Both the position numbers and the translations under genes were made by a program. Of a stretch of 64,000 bases of DNA, positions 46,930 through 55,213 are shown in pieces. Each line of letters begins with the position of its first letter. Within the stretch, counting starts at the first letter, position 1. The notes under the pieces were generated by a model that worked only from the letters and a program-made list of their open reading frames with translations, made no database searches and was not told where the DNA came from. Location of the stretch: positions 5 to 64,004 of the forward strand of contig CALCHC010000018.1 of the NCBI GenBank assembly GCA_937901335.1. The letters run 5' to 3'. The DNA is from an uncultured Phascolarctobacterium sp. Its GTDB lineage: Bacteria > Bacillota > Negativicutes > Acidaminococcales > Acidaminococcaceae.

Positions 46930-47220
46930 TGTAAATTTCATCGCAATTTTATGCAACCCGGCTGACCTGATCTTCGCCCCCACACTCGCCTGCTGGAGGG
47001 TTCGCTCCTAAGCTTCAGCTCCCCACTACTACCCCTCTCGCCAAAAATTATTATGCGTTATACGCTGCGGCAGGTCTTACTTCTAAGCTGCACCGTGCTC
47101 ATAGCAAATTTTTACGCTACTTACGTGGATCGTTTCGCCTGCAACTGGCATCGACTTTCAACCACAGACCCGGATTGCACTGTCCTATTATATTCTTTCC
47201 GAAAATTTTCTGCAACCCTC
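46930..47220. other. Unassigned noncoding island; candidate structured RNA (class and strand unresolved, minus favoured)
   Basis: No credible ORF. G+C is visibly higher than in other spacers. The plus strand is C-rich (CCCCC 46977-46981, CCCC 47021-47024 and 47032-47035). Several minus-strand helices can be drawn by hand, and a B12-box-like decamer AAGACCUGCC lies at 47078-47069. Confidence 0.35.
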
Positions 47221-47268
47221 TATTTCACATTCACACATAAAGTGATATACTACTAAGTACACTAACCG

Positions 47269-47901
47269 ATGATGGGCGGATATATAATGATTGCTTTACC
47301 ACAATGTCTTGAATTTCCCTATGATGATCGTAGCAGGGAAGTTTGTGACTTTTATTTACAAATCTTAGAAATAAAAAACAATAGCGTTTTCCTGCACAGC
47401 AAACAGGTTGCCAATTATTCTGCAAGCATCGCTGCAAAAATTGGCTTACCTCCTGCAGAAGTTGCTTGTATCAAAACTGCAGCCTTGCTCCACGACATAG
47501 GCCAACTTTCCGTACCGAACCTGGTACTTTCCAAAGTTCCTTACCTTACTAAACGTGAAGAAGCTGCCTATAAACGCCATTGTTTAGCCGGTGCAGCCAT
47601 GCTGGAAAACTTTCCAGAATTTGGCAGCATCATCAGCATCATTCGTTCCCATCACGAAAAGTATGACGGCACAGGTTATCCCAAACGCTTAAAAGGTCAA
47701 AATATTCCTTTGGGCGCACGTATCATCGCCGTAGCAAATTACTACGACCGTTACATTAACCCCTGTACCCAACATTGGCAAAAAACTCATGCCGAAGCAA
47801 TCACTGAGCTACAAGATAAAGCTGGCCAAGATTTTGACCCGCATATTGTAAAAGCTTTTATTGAAAGCGTTCTGCCCTTAGCAATCGAAGCTCATAAATA
47901 A
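47269..47901 (+). CDS. Stand-alone HD-GYP domain protein (putative c-di-GMP phosphodiesterase)
   Basis: HD motif LLHDIGQ and HHEKYDGTGYP. Extended -10 TGATATACT at 47243-47251. The start is ambiguous between ATG 47269 and ATG 47287. Confidence 0.8.
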   Translation: MMGGYIMIALPQCLEFPYDDRSREVCDFYLQILEIKNNSVFLHSKQVANYSASIAAKIGLPPAEVACIKTAALLHDIGQLSVPNLVLSKVPYLTKREEAAYKRHCLAGAAMLENFPEFGSIISIIRSHHEKYDGTGYPKRLKGQNIPLGARIIAVANYYDRYINPCTQHWQKTHAEAITELQDKAGQDFDPHIVKAFIESVLPLAIEAHK

Positions 47902-47950
47902 AACTCTGACTTTCTACAATAAAGTAGCCAGTCAGAGTTTTTTATTTTTC
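47901..47950 (+). terminator. Terminator after the HD-GYP gene
   Basis: 10-bp stem AAACTCTGAC (47901-47910) / GTCAGAGTTT (47931-47940), followed by TTTTTATTTTT. Confidence 0.7.
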
Positions 47951-48002
47951 TTATGACCTTGTAAAATTTTAAAGCAACAATTTTATTTGAACTTTGTCAG
48001 AT

Positions 48003-48036
48003 AAAACAAAAAGCACTTCAACCGAAGTTGAAGTGC
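48003..48036 (-). terminator. Terminator of the tRNA operon
   Basis: 10-bp stem GCACTTCAAC (48013-48022) / GTTGAAGTGC (48027-48036) with a 4-nt loop, followed on the minus strand by TTTTTGTTTT. Confidence 0.85.
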
Positions 48037-48045
48037 ATAATTTCG

Positions 48046-48121
48046 TGGTGGTCGCTGACGGGATCGAACCGCCGACATTCTGCTTGTAAGGCAGACGCTC
48101 TCCCAGCTGAGCTAAGCGACC
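48046..48121 (-). tRNA. tRNA-Val (anticodon UAC), CCA encoded
   Basis: Minus strand GGTCGCTTAGCTCAGCTGGGAGAGCGTCTGCCTTACAAGCAGAATGTCGGCGGTTCGATCCCGTCAGCGACCACCA folds as a cloverleaf. The anticodon loop is CUUACAA. Confidence 0.95.
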
Positions 48122-48123
48122 AT

Positions 48124-48198
48124 TGGTGACCGGTAGGGGAATCGAACCCCTGATACCGCCGTGAAAGGGCGGTGTCTTAACCGCTTGACCAACCGGCC
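48124..48198 (-). tRNA. tRNA-Glu (anticodon UUC), CCA encoded
   Basis: Minus strand GGCCGGTTGGTCAAGCGGTTAAGACACCGCCCTTTCACGGCGGTATCAGGGGTTCGATTCCCCTACCGGTCACCA. The anticodon loop is CUUUCAC. Confidence 0.95.
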
Positions 48199-48204
48199 AG
48201 AATT

Positions 48205-48280
48205 TGGCTCCCCGAGTAGGACTCGAACCTACGACATACGGATTAACAGTCCGCCGTTCTACCGACTGAACTATCGGGGA
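48205..48280 (-). tRNA. tRNA-Asn (anticodon GUU), CCA encoded
   Basis: Minus strand TCCCCGATAGTTCAGTCGGTAGAACGGCGGACTGTTAATCCGTATGTCGTAGGTTCGAGTCCTACTCGGGGAGCCA. The anticodon loop is CUGUUAA. Confidence 0.95.
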
Positions 48281-48322
48281 ATCTTTCGTGAAGTTTTGTG
48301 TTCGCTCAACCTCACAAACGTT

Positions 48323-48351
48323 ATTATACAGATGTGATGTTAGTTTGTCAA
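48323..48351 (-). promoter_or_regulatory. Consensus sigma-A promoter of the tRNA-Asn/Glu/Val operon
   Basis: Minus strand TTGACA (48351-48346), 17-nt spacer, TATAAT (48328-48323). An AT-rich UP-like tract lies upstream. Confidence 0.8.
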
Positions 48352-48398
48352 CACTTTTTCTAAAACTTTTTTAAAAATTTTTCAAGAAAGTTTTTGGC

Positions 48399-48875
48399 TT
48401 ATAAAGCCTTCACTTTTACTACGATTTTTTGCACATCGCTAGCCTTGCCATCACGTTGACAATTGGGGCGATGCAACTCCCACGGGAAGAATACTGCGAA
48501 GTCACCTGCGCTAAGTTTTACGCAGTTTGCTTCTTGAGGATCAGCATAGAAAAGCACATCGTTTTCTTCGCTCAAATCTTCAGTTACAACATATTTTTCT
48601 TCTAAGGGTGCGAACCAAATTTCTTCTTCGCCACGAGAAACGAATTGCACGTCAATATAATCGTTATGTTTTTCACTACGACGTTCAGCTTTCGGTTCAG
48701 TTTCGTAAGTGTTTACGCGCGCAAAAACATTGCGACCGTCAATTTCATATTCACCATTTTCAATGTGAGCAAAATCAGTTGCTGCGATATAAGCTAAAGC
48801 TTTTTGCAAACCTTCGCCAACATAGGGCAGCACTTTTGCGATGTCACTTTTATTACCAGTAATCATATAAGTCAC
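48399..48875 (-). CDS. YhcH/YjgK/YiaL (DUF386, EbgC-like) family protein
   Basis: 158-aa beta-rich ORF. The pattern ...GEYEIDGRNVFARVNTYETEP...HNDYIDVQFV... resembles the DUF386 cupin-like family. Confidence 0.65.
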   Translation of the reverse strand: MTYMITGNKSDIAKVLPYVGEGLQKALAYIAATDFAHIENGEYEIDGRNVFARVNTYETEPKAERRSEKHNDYIDVQFVSRGEEEIWFAPLEEKYVVTEDLSEENDVLFYADPQEANCVKLSAGDFAVFFPWELHRPNCQRDGKASDVQKIVVKVKAL

Positions 48876-49096
48876 CTTCTACTTCAAATTTTGGTAATTT
48901 TATTTTATCACAACGTAACTCATAATAACAAATTTATTTGCCTCAAGTGAAACAATTAAATTTGTCTCTCACCTCTATCATTTTAAAATAATAACCGTAA
49001 AAATACAGTGTGATGCTTTACAAAAGCGAGTATACATAATAAAATGCTTATATCTATGATTAGAATGAAGCAAAATAAATTTGTAAGAGGTATAAA

Positions 49097-50653
49097 ATGA
49101 GCTACTTAAACGTTACTAATGTTTCCCACTCTTTTGGCGGTCGCCAAATTCTGGAAGATGTTTCTTTTAAATTATTGCGCGGTGAACACGTTGGCCTCGT
49201 TGGTGCTAACGGCGAAGGCAAATCCACCTTCTTAAACATCGTTACCGGTCACTTGCAACCGGACGAAGGTAAAGTAGAATGGCCTGGCAAAGTAAGCGTT
49301 GGTTACCTTGACCAACAAAGCACTTTGGAAAAAGGCATGACTATCCGCGAAGTATTGCGTACCGCTTTCCAAGGCATGTACGAAATGGAACAACAAATGC
49401 TCGACCTGTACGACAAAATGGGCGACGCAACTCCGGAAGAACTTGATAAAATGATGAACACCGTTGGTGAAATACAATCTGAATTGGAACACAGCGGCTT
49501 CTACTCCCTCGACGCTAAAATTGAAGAAGTTGCTAACGGCTTAGGCTTAGGCAGCGTTGGTCTCGACCGTGACGTTGCAGACCTTTCCGGCGGTCAACGC
49601 AGTAAAGTTCTTTTGACCAAACTGCTCCTGCAAAACTCCAACATCTTGCTTTTGGACGAACCTACCAACTATCTGGACGTTGAACATATTGAATGGCTCA
49701 CCAAATTCTTACAAAACTATGAGCACGCATTCATCCTCATCTCCCATGATATTACCTTCCTTAACAATGTAGTAAACGTAATCTACCATTTGGAAAACAG
49801 CAACCTTACCCGTTACACTGGCGACTACAACCGCTTCCAAGAAATGTATGCAATCTACAAATCTCAACAAGAAGCTGCTTACGAACGCCAACAACAAGAA
49901 GTTGCTAAATTGGAAGACTTCATTGCTCGTAACAAAGCTCGCGTTGCAACTACCAACATGGCGAAAAGCCGTCAACGCAAGTTGGACAAAATGGAAATGA
50001 TTGAAAAGCCCCGCGAAAAAATTAAACCGACCTTTAGATTTAATGAAGCTCGTACTCCGAGCCGTTTCATCGTTGAAGCTAAAGACTTGGTTTTGGGCTA
50101 TGACACTCCCCTTACCCGTCCTGTTACCTTCAATTTGGAACGCGGACAAAAAATCGCAATCCGTGGCGTAAACGGCTTGGGTAAAACCACTCTTCTGAAA
50201 ACCATCCTCGGTCTGATTCCTCCTGTTAGCGGCAAAGTTGAACTGGGCGAATTCTTGCAACCGGGTTACTTTGAACAAGAAGAACGTGAAAAGAACGAAA
50301 AAACTGCTTTGGAAGATGTTTGGGACGAATATCCCGGCCTCACCAACTACGAAGTTCGTGCAGCTCTCGCAGGTTGTGGTTTGACCAACGAACACATCAC
50401 CAGTAAAGTTTTCGTTCTCAGTGGTGGCGAAGCTGCTAAAGTACGTCTTTGCAAGCTGATGCTCAAAGACATCAACTGGCTGGTACTGGACGAACCTACC
50501 AACCACTTGGACGTTGACGCTAAAGAAGAATTGCAACGTGCAATCAAAGCTTTCAAAGGCAGTGTACTCCTCGTTTCCCACGAACCTGAATTCTACGAAG
50601 GTTGGATTGATAAAGTATGGAACATCGAAGACTGGACTACCAAAATCATCTAA
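49097..50653 (+). CDS. ABC-F family ATPase (two ABC domains, no TM domain)
   Basis: Two Walker A sites (GANGEGKST, GVNGLGKTT) and two signatures (LSGGQRSKV, LSGGEAAKV), separated by a charged helical linker (QQQEVAKLEDFIARNKARVATTNMAKSRQRKLDKME). Confidence 0.9.
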   Translation: MSYLNVTNVSHSFGGRQILEDVSFKLLRGEHVGLVGANGEGKSTFLNIVTGHLQPDEGKVEWPGKVSVGYLDQQSTLEKGMTIREVLRTAFQGMYEMEQQMLDLYDKMGDATPEELDKMMNTVGEIQSELEHSGFYSLDAKIEEVANGLGLGSVGLDRDVADLSGGQRSKVLLTKLLLQNSNILLLDEPTNYLDVEHIEWLTKFLQNYEHAFILISHDITFLNNVVNVIYHLENSNLTRYTGDYNRFQEMYAIYKSQQEAAYERQQQEVAKLEDFIARNKARVATTNMAKSRQRKLDKMEMIEKPREKIKPTFRFNEARTPSRFIVEAKDLVLGYDTPLTRPVTFNLERGQKIAIRGVNGLGKTTLLKTILGLIPPVSGKVELGEFLQPGYFEQEEREKNEKTALEDVWDEYPGLTNYEVRAALAGCGLTNEHITSKVFVLSGGEAAKVRLCKLMLKDINWLVLDEPTNHLDVDAKEELQRAIKAFKGSVLLVSHEPEFYEGWIDKVWNIEDWTTKII

Positions 50654-50661
50654 TAAATAAC

Positions 50662-50696
50662 AAAGGCATCACCTTTCGGTGATGCCTTATTTTTTA
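50662..50696. terminator. Terminator between the ABC-F gene and dfx
   Basis: 11-bp stem AAGGCATCACC (50663-50673) / GGTGATGCCTT (50678-50688) with loop TTTC and a T-run on the plus strand. Confidence 0.85.
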
Positions 50697-50703
50697 TGTC
50701 TTA

Positions 50704-51081
50704 TTAGAGTTTTGCTACCCAGAGACCGTGCAGATTGCAGTATTCATAAACTGCCAACGGTTTTTCATCTTCAGTCAGTGCGAAAACTACATTGGGTTTT
50801 TCACCGGGGTTCAGCACTTTACGATGACCGCCTTTGTCAGTTTCAAGATATACCCATTGAATCCAGTGTTCATCGAGCATGGGATGATCTACGCTACCAA
50901 CATTTACTACTACTTTATTACCTTCAACGGTTGCCACAGGAACGTGTTTTTCTTGTGCAGCATCAGTAGTATTGGGAACCAATTCTACCATTTTTTCGCC
51001 ACAGCACATCATCGGAACACCAGCGTCGTGAAGCAAACCAATCATGTTACCACAATGTTTACATACAAAAAATTTTTTCAT
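50704..51081 (-). CDS. dfx: Desulfoferrodoxin (2Fe superoxide reductase)
   Basis: N-terminal desulforedoxin-like centre (CKHCG...CCGEKM). Centre II ligands EKHVP, VDHPM and HWIQW, plus C-terminal YCNLHGLW. Confidence 0.9.
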   Translation of the reverse strand: MKKFFVCKHCGNMIGLLHDAGVPMMCCGEKMVELVPNTTDAAQEKHVPVATVEGNKVVVNVGSVDHPMLDEHWIQWVYLETDKGGHRKVLNPGEKPNVVFALTEDEKPLAVYEYCNLHGLWVAKL

Positions 51082-51228
51082 AATCTTTCACTCCTTAAGT
51101 TTATTATAAAATATCTGAACTTGATGTTTAAATTCTCAACAACTTCTGAAATTATTATAACCGTTCACAGAAATCAATTCAATGACTTCACAAATATTTT
51201 ACGAAAAAACTTCTACGGAAAATTATTT

Positions 51229-51864
51229 TTATTTTCGCTTATTGAAAAGCTTAAACAAATCAACTTTTTCTTCAGACATAAACTTATATCCAGGAGCCAG
51301 CTCTGCCGCACGATCACGAGCTGCTTCCAAATCATGGAACACATCCCATTTTGCAGAAACAAGTTGCTTGCCATACAAACGCAACAAAAATGCAGGATGA
51401 TAAGTGGCGATGCAATCAAAGCCTTGACGAGTCTTAAACCATTGTCCACGGTCGCGTGTAATACGCATATCAGGATTACCAAGATAATGCAAGGCAACAC
51501 CACCTAAAGCCACAACAACTTTAGGCTGGATAATCTCTAATTCCCTATCAAGCCAAAGCTTTCCGCAGAACTCTGCTTCTGCAATGTCAGGAGTACGATT
51601 ATTTTTAGGGCGACACTTTATCACATTGGTAGTCAGCACTCTATCACGAGTCATCTTCGCTGCCCACAAAGCTTTATCCAACAGTTGTCCGGAAGGGCCA
51701 ATCAACGGACAACCGTAATCATCTTCCACACCGCCAGGTCCCTCCCCAACAAAAATAATGGGGCTTTCAGGATTGCCAAACCAACCTACAGGACTAATGC
51801 AAGTTTGACGGAACTGGCATTGAGCGCAATTATTTAATTCTTCCTCTAAATGCTTTAAATCCAC
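51229..51864 (-). CDS. Family 4 uracil-DNA glycosylase (Fe-S type)
   Basis: N-terminal Cys cluster CAQCQFRQTC, motif A VGEGPGGVED and C-terminal HPAFLLR. Confidence 0.85.
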   Translation of the reverse strand: MDLKHLEEELNNCAQCQFRQTCISPVGWFGNPESPIIFVGEGPGGVEDDYGCPLIGPSGQLLDKALWAAKMTRDRVLTTNVIKCRPKNNRTPDIAEAEFCGKLWLDRELEIIQPKVVVALGGVALHYLGNPDMRITRDRGQWFKTRQGFDCIATYHPAFLLRLYGKQLVSAKWDVFHDLEAARDRAAELAPGYKFMSEEKVDLFKLFNKRK

Positions 51865-51883
51865 AGCGCATCCTCCTGCAAAA

Positions 51884-53257
51884 TTAATAGTGACACAACA
51901 TTTTTTGTTGTTGGGTGGTTATGAAAGGCAAATGATTTTCCAGCTCTGCTTTGGCATTAAGCAAGTTTTCACCGGTAGCTTGAATGGTACCTGTCGCACC
52001 AACCTTTTTAGCAAAGGTTACGATGCTTACAAGCGATCCATCGGCTTTGAATACACCTTGATTCAAAATAAGATACCAATAGTTTTTATCTTTAGCTTGA
52101 TTGCCATCAATACCGCATACAACAATATATTCTGCACCAACTTCTTGACTTAAACGAATAATATCCTCATGACGATAGAAAGTATCTTCATTGAGAGCAT
52201 CATCCATCACCACATAAGAAGGCAACATATTCATATATTCTTCTGCTATTAAACGCTTGATATCAGGAACGTAATGACGCTTTTCCAAACCTGGAGCACC
52301 GTGAAGCCACAGGGCAACTAAGGGTTTACCAGAAGTAGTTCTATTATAAGGTAAAGCTTGTACAACGCCAGAAGCAACCGCTTTGTCGAAAGCTTTGTAA
52401 TATTCACTAACACTGTAGTCTACGTACATAGCAATGTCATGATTATTACTGCTAATCTTCGGAGAGATGTGATATTTTACGTGCTCACCAAATTGTTTGT
52501 AACCGCCAAAGAAAGTTTGTAAGCTACCCGGAACAGGGTCAGAAGTATTGGTAACACGCAAAAGCTCAATCTTATCACCGTATTCCAAAGCAAACTCATC
52601 GTTACCAACAGCAGGTGCGCCAAAAGTAATAACAGTAAATTTTTCTTTAGGCATTCCCAAATCGATAAGTCTTTCCCCTAAAAGAGTAGCAGCTGCGCCG
52701 CCCAGACTATGACCTGTCAAAATCAAATGACTATTTGCAGTTTCAAAAACCTTTTTAAAAACGCCTTTAAACTTACTTTCTCCGTTCACTACGGAAGAAC
52801 GCAAAACAGAATCTACATAAGTATTGAAGCCTTCGTGAACCGCAGGCTTCTTTTCTTTGGGTGCAGTTTTGGCAATGGCTTCCATTTCTTCCAATGTAGT
52901 ACCACCATAGGCTGTGTGGGAAGTCTTTAAATTAATTCCCCAGTCCTTCTTATTGGTACTGCCTTTAAAGGTAACAATGTAAAGCTCCATACCACAATCA
53001 TCACAAACATTGCTAGCGATAGAAAAGTTCGTTTTAACGCCCTCGTCTTCAAAAGTATAAGGAGCAATCTCCCAACCATGACTACGCATAAAACTGAACT
53101 CACTGGAATTTTCCGGCAAGTACACGCCTAAACAGGACGCAGCAGAAATAGAAGTAAAGTAGGCAGCACGCAATTGTTCTTTTACAGATTTTTCTGCGGC
53201 GAAGGCAGGTAAGCAATATAAGCATAAGCTTAAAAATGTCAGAAGTATTTTTTTCAT
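51884..53257 (-). CDS. Secreted class-3 (alpha/beta) lipase-family protein with an unassigned C-terminal domain
   Basis: Signal peptide MKKILLTFLSLCLYCLPAFA and nucleophile elbow LTGHSLGGAAA. The C-terminal ~170 aa has no motif I recognise. Confidence 0.7.
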   Translation of the reverse strand: MKKILLTFLSLCLYCLPAFAAEKSVKEQLRAAYFTSISAASCLGVYLPENSSEFSFMRSHGWEIAPYTFEDEGVKTNFSIASNVCDDCGMELYIVTFKGSTNKKDWGINLKTSHTAYGGTTLEEMEAIAKTAPKEKKPAVHEGFNTYVDSVLRSSVVNGESKFKGVFKKVFETANSHLILTGHSLGGAAATLLGERLIDLGMPKEKFTVITFGAPAVGNDEFALEYGDKIELLRVTNTSDPVPGSLQTFFGGYKQFGEHVKYHISPKISSNNHDIAMYVDYSVSEYYKAFDKAVASGVVQALPYNRTTSGKPLVALWLHGAPGLEKRHYVPDIKRLIAEEYMNMLPSYVVMDDALNEDTFYRHEDIIRLSQEVGAEYIVVCGIDGNQAKDKNYWYLILNQGVFKADGSLVSIVTFAKKVGATGTIQATGENLLNAKAELENHLPFITTQQQKMLCHY

Positions 53258-53332
53258 TGGACTCCTCCGTTCAATAAGTATTCCTGCTCACATTATAGAA
53301 TACTTTATCTCAAAAGACAAACGAAGGAGTTG

Positions 53333-53370
53333 AAAACAAAAACCTCCACCCTTTTCAGAGCGGAGGTTTA
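53333..53370 (-). terminator. Terminator of the carbohydrate ABC / TIM-barrel operon
   Basis: 9-bp stem on the minus-strand RNA (53341-53349 / 53360-53368, one G-U), followed by TTTTTGTTTTC. Confidence 0.75.
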
Positions 53371-53374
53371 AATT

Positions 53375-54130
53375 TTAGATTCCGTATTTAGCTTTCAGTT
53401 CAGCAAGGTGAGCTTCCAGTTCAGTGGTGTTTTCGAAACCACAGCAGTATTCCATAACAAGGATTGCTTTGGAAGCGTGTGCTTTGATTGCCGGGAAGAG
53501 TTTATCCCAGTCAATGGTACCTTGCCATACAGGCAAATGGTCGTCGCCTTCACCGTCGTTGTCGTGAATATGGAAAGCAAAGAGCTTGTCTCCCAATTTT
53601 TCCACAACAGCTGGGATATCCCAACCATTTACATGAGCATGACCGGTATCAATCAAGGACATTGCTTGAGGGAATCGTTCAAAGAGTGCATAGTACTCTT
53701 CCAAGGTGAAGAGTACGTTGCCTTTAGTACGCAGGCCTACATTTTCGATAACCAAGGTTACGCCGTAAGCTTTTGCCATATCTAAGAGTTCTGCCAAACG
53801 GGAGATTACCAGTTCTTGACCAGCTTCTTTGTCAGCAGGCAAGCATTCGTTGGTGTGTACTACTACGAATTGGGATTTAATCTTTTGTGCGTATTTGAAG
53901 GTAGCTTCAAATGCAGGCAGATAGTTCAGATTATCTTTATCTGCCAAATCAACTGCAACACAAGGACCGTGAATGCTAAATTCGCGGTTGCCCCAAGCAG
54001 CAGTTTCTTCGTCCCAATAGTAGTTATGACCGAATTCGTAGAAGAATTCGATGCCATATTCAGTGTTCAACGGACGAATGCCAAATTTTCTAAAACCAGG
54101 GAAAAGTAAATCACTTACTGCAATTCTCAT
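53375..54130 (-). CDS. Xylose-isomerase-like TIM-barrel protein (sugar phosphate isomerase/epimerase family)
   Basis: 251 aa. The metal-ligand pattern (VVVHTNE, IENV, DTGHAH, HIHDNDG, MEY) is typical of the AP_endonuc_2 / TIM-barrel family. Confidence 0.75.
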   Translation of the reverse strand: MRIAVSDLLFPGFRKFGIRPLNTEYGIEFFYEFGHNYYWDEETAAWGNREFSIHGPCVAVDLADKDNLNYLPAFEATFKYAQKIKSQFVVVHTNECLPADKEAGQELVISRLAELLDMAKAYGVTLVIENVGLRTKGNVLFTLEEYYALFERFPQAMSLIDTGHAHVNGWDIPAVVEKLGDKLFAFHIHDNDGEGDDHLPVWQGTIDWDKLFPAIKAHASKAILVMEYCCGFENTTELEAHLAELKAKYGI

Positions 54131-54133
54131 TTT

Positions 54134-55213
54134 TTATGCCTCAACATAACCGATGTTTTCTTCGGTTTCAACATCAAACAAGTTTACATTAGTCCATTCA
54201 AAGTCAAAGCCAGTAACATCGCGCAAGTCAATGTTTTGGTTGCTGTCTTGGATGAAGAAGTTTTGACCATCAGCCAAAGTCAAGCTAGCAGTTTTAAGGT
54301 TACCGGTGTTTTCCATGAAGTCAACGGTACCTTTAACCATCGGTTGAGCAAAGTTAGGTTTAGCTGCTTCCGGACGCAAACCGAAGATAACTTCTTTACG
54401 AGTGCCAACAATTTTCAACCATTCAGCAGGAATTTCAACTGCACATTCACCAATCACAATTTTGGTACCTTCAATGCGAGCTTTAACTACGTTCATTGCA
54501 GGAGAACCGATGAAGGTTGCAACGAATACATTTGCCGGATGATGATAAATGGTATCCGGAGTATCGATTTGTTGAACTTTACCTTTATTCATAACCGCAA
54601 TACGGTCAGCAACGGTCATTGCTTCGATTTGGTCATGGGTTACATAAACCATGGTAGGACGGAACATTTCATGAATTTTTACCAATTCAGTACGAGCTTT
54701 TTGGCGCAATTGAGCGTCAAGGTTGGAAAGAGGTTCGTCCAAGAAGAAGAACGGAGATTGTTTAACAAGTGCACGGCACAGAGCAACACGTTGTTTTTGA
54801 CCACCGGAAAGTTCGTGGGTCTTTTTATGTTCTTGACCACGCAAATGGAGGATGTCCAATGCTTCGTAGGTGCGTTTTTCGATTTCTTCTTTAGGAAGTT
54901 TTTGCAATACGAGACCAAAGGTGATGTTTTCCCAAACAGTCAAATGCGGGAACAATGCATAGCTTTGGAATACCATTGCAATATTACGTTCTCCGGGAGG
55001 AACATCATTAACAACTTTACCATCCATGTAAAGTTCGCCAGCGGAAATATCTTCAAAACCTGCCATCATACGCAGGGTAGTAGTTTTACCGCAACCAGAA
55101 GGTCCCAAGAGAATTAAGCGTTCGCCTCTGCGAATTTCTAAGTTTAAGTCTTTAATAACAACGGTTTTACCGTATGCTTTATCTACGTGAGAAAATACAA
55201 TACTATGTTCCAT
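54134..55213 (-). CDS. Carbohydrate-type ABC transporter ATP-binding protein (MalK/UgpC/MsmX-like)
   Basis: Walker A GPSGCGKTT, signature LSGGQKQRV, and a C-terminal regulatory/TOBE-like domain. Confidence 0.9.
   Translation of the reverse strand: MEHSIVFSHVDKAYGKTVVIKDLNLEIRRGERLILLGPSGCGKTTTLRMMAGFEDISAGELYMDGKVVNDVPPGERNIAMVFQSYALFPHLTVWENITFGLVLQKLPKEEIEKRTYEALDILHLRGQEHKKTHELSGGQKQRVALCRALVKQSPFFFLDEPLSNLDAQLRQKARTELVKIHEMFRPTMVYVTHDQIEAMTVADRIAVMNKGKVQQIDTPDTIYHHPANVFVATFIGSPAMNVVKARIEGTKIVIGECAVEIPAEWLKIVGTRKEVIFGLRPEAAKPNFAQPMVKGTVDFMENTGNLKTASLTLADGQNFFIQDSNQNIDLRDVTGFDFEWTNVNLFDVETEENIGYVEA

Noticed and set aside
46955-46985. TPP-riboswitch-like string ACCC..CUGACCUGAUCU on the plus strand of the island.
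   Set aside because: There is no CUGAGA element, no GGGGUGC and no pyrimidine-sensor helix upstream. No thiamine-related gene lies downstream.
47060-47190. Classifying the noncoding island as a cobalamin riboswitch because of the B12-box-like decamer AAGACCUGCC and an AAUAGG...CAGUGCAAUCC stretch.
   Set aside because: The other conserved elements (GGGAA junction, CCCGC-ACUGU strand, GCCACUG...GGGAAGG) are not present. I could not pair the B12-box 3' flank with a 5' partner. A single 10-mer match can occur by chance in 128 kb of two-strand sequence. Kept only as one hypothesis in the finding.
47053-47256. 67-aa plus-strand ORF inside the island.
   Set aside because: No RBS and an implausible composition. 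It runs through the predicted HD-GYP promoter and has no recognisable motif.
48876-49096. Attenuator/leader peptide upstream of the ABC-F gene, as seen for antibiotic-resistance ABC-F genes; also a distal AT-rich inverted repeat (CAAATTTATTTG about 48930 / CAAAATAAATTTG about 49070).
   Set aside because: No terminator-like hairpin and no uORF with an RBS. The repeats are low-complexity AT-rich strings. The sequence does not tell a housekeeping ABC-F from a resistance ABC-F.
51100-51175. PerR/Fur-type operator upstream of desulfoferrodoxin (ATTATAA heptamers at 51103-51109 and 51154-51160; TTCTG-N19-CAGAA).
   Set aside because: Only one half-site is perfect (11/14 overall). The heptamers are simply the complements of TTATAAT -10-like hexamers in AT-rich promoter DNA. 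That is not enough to call an operator.
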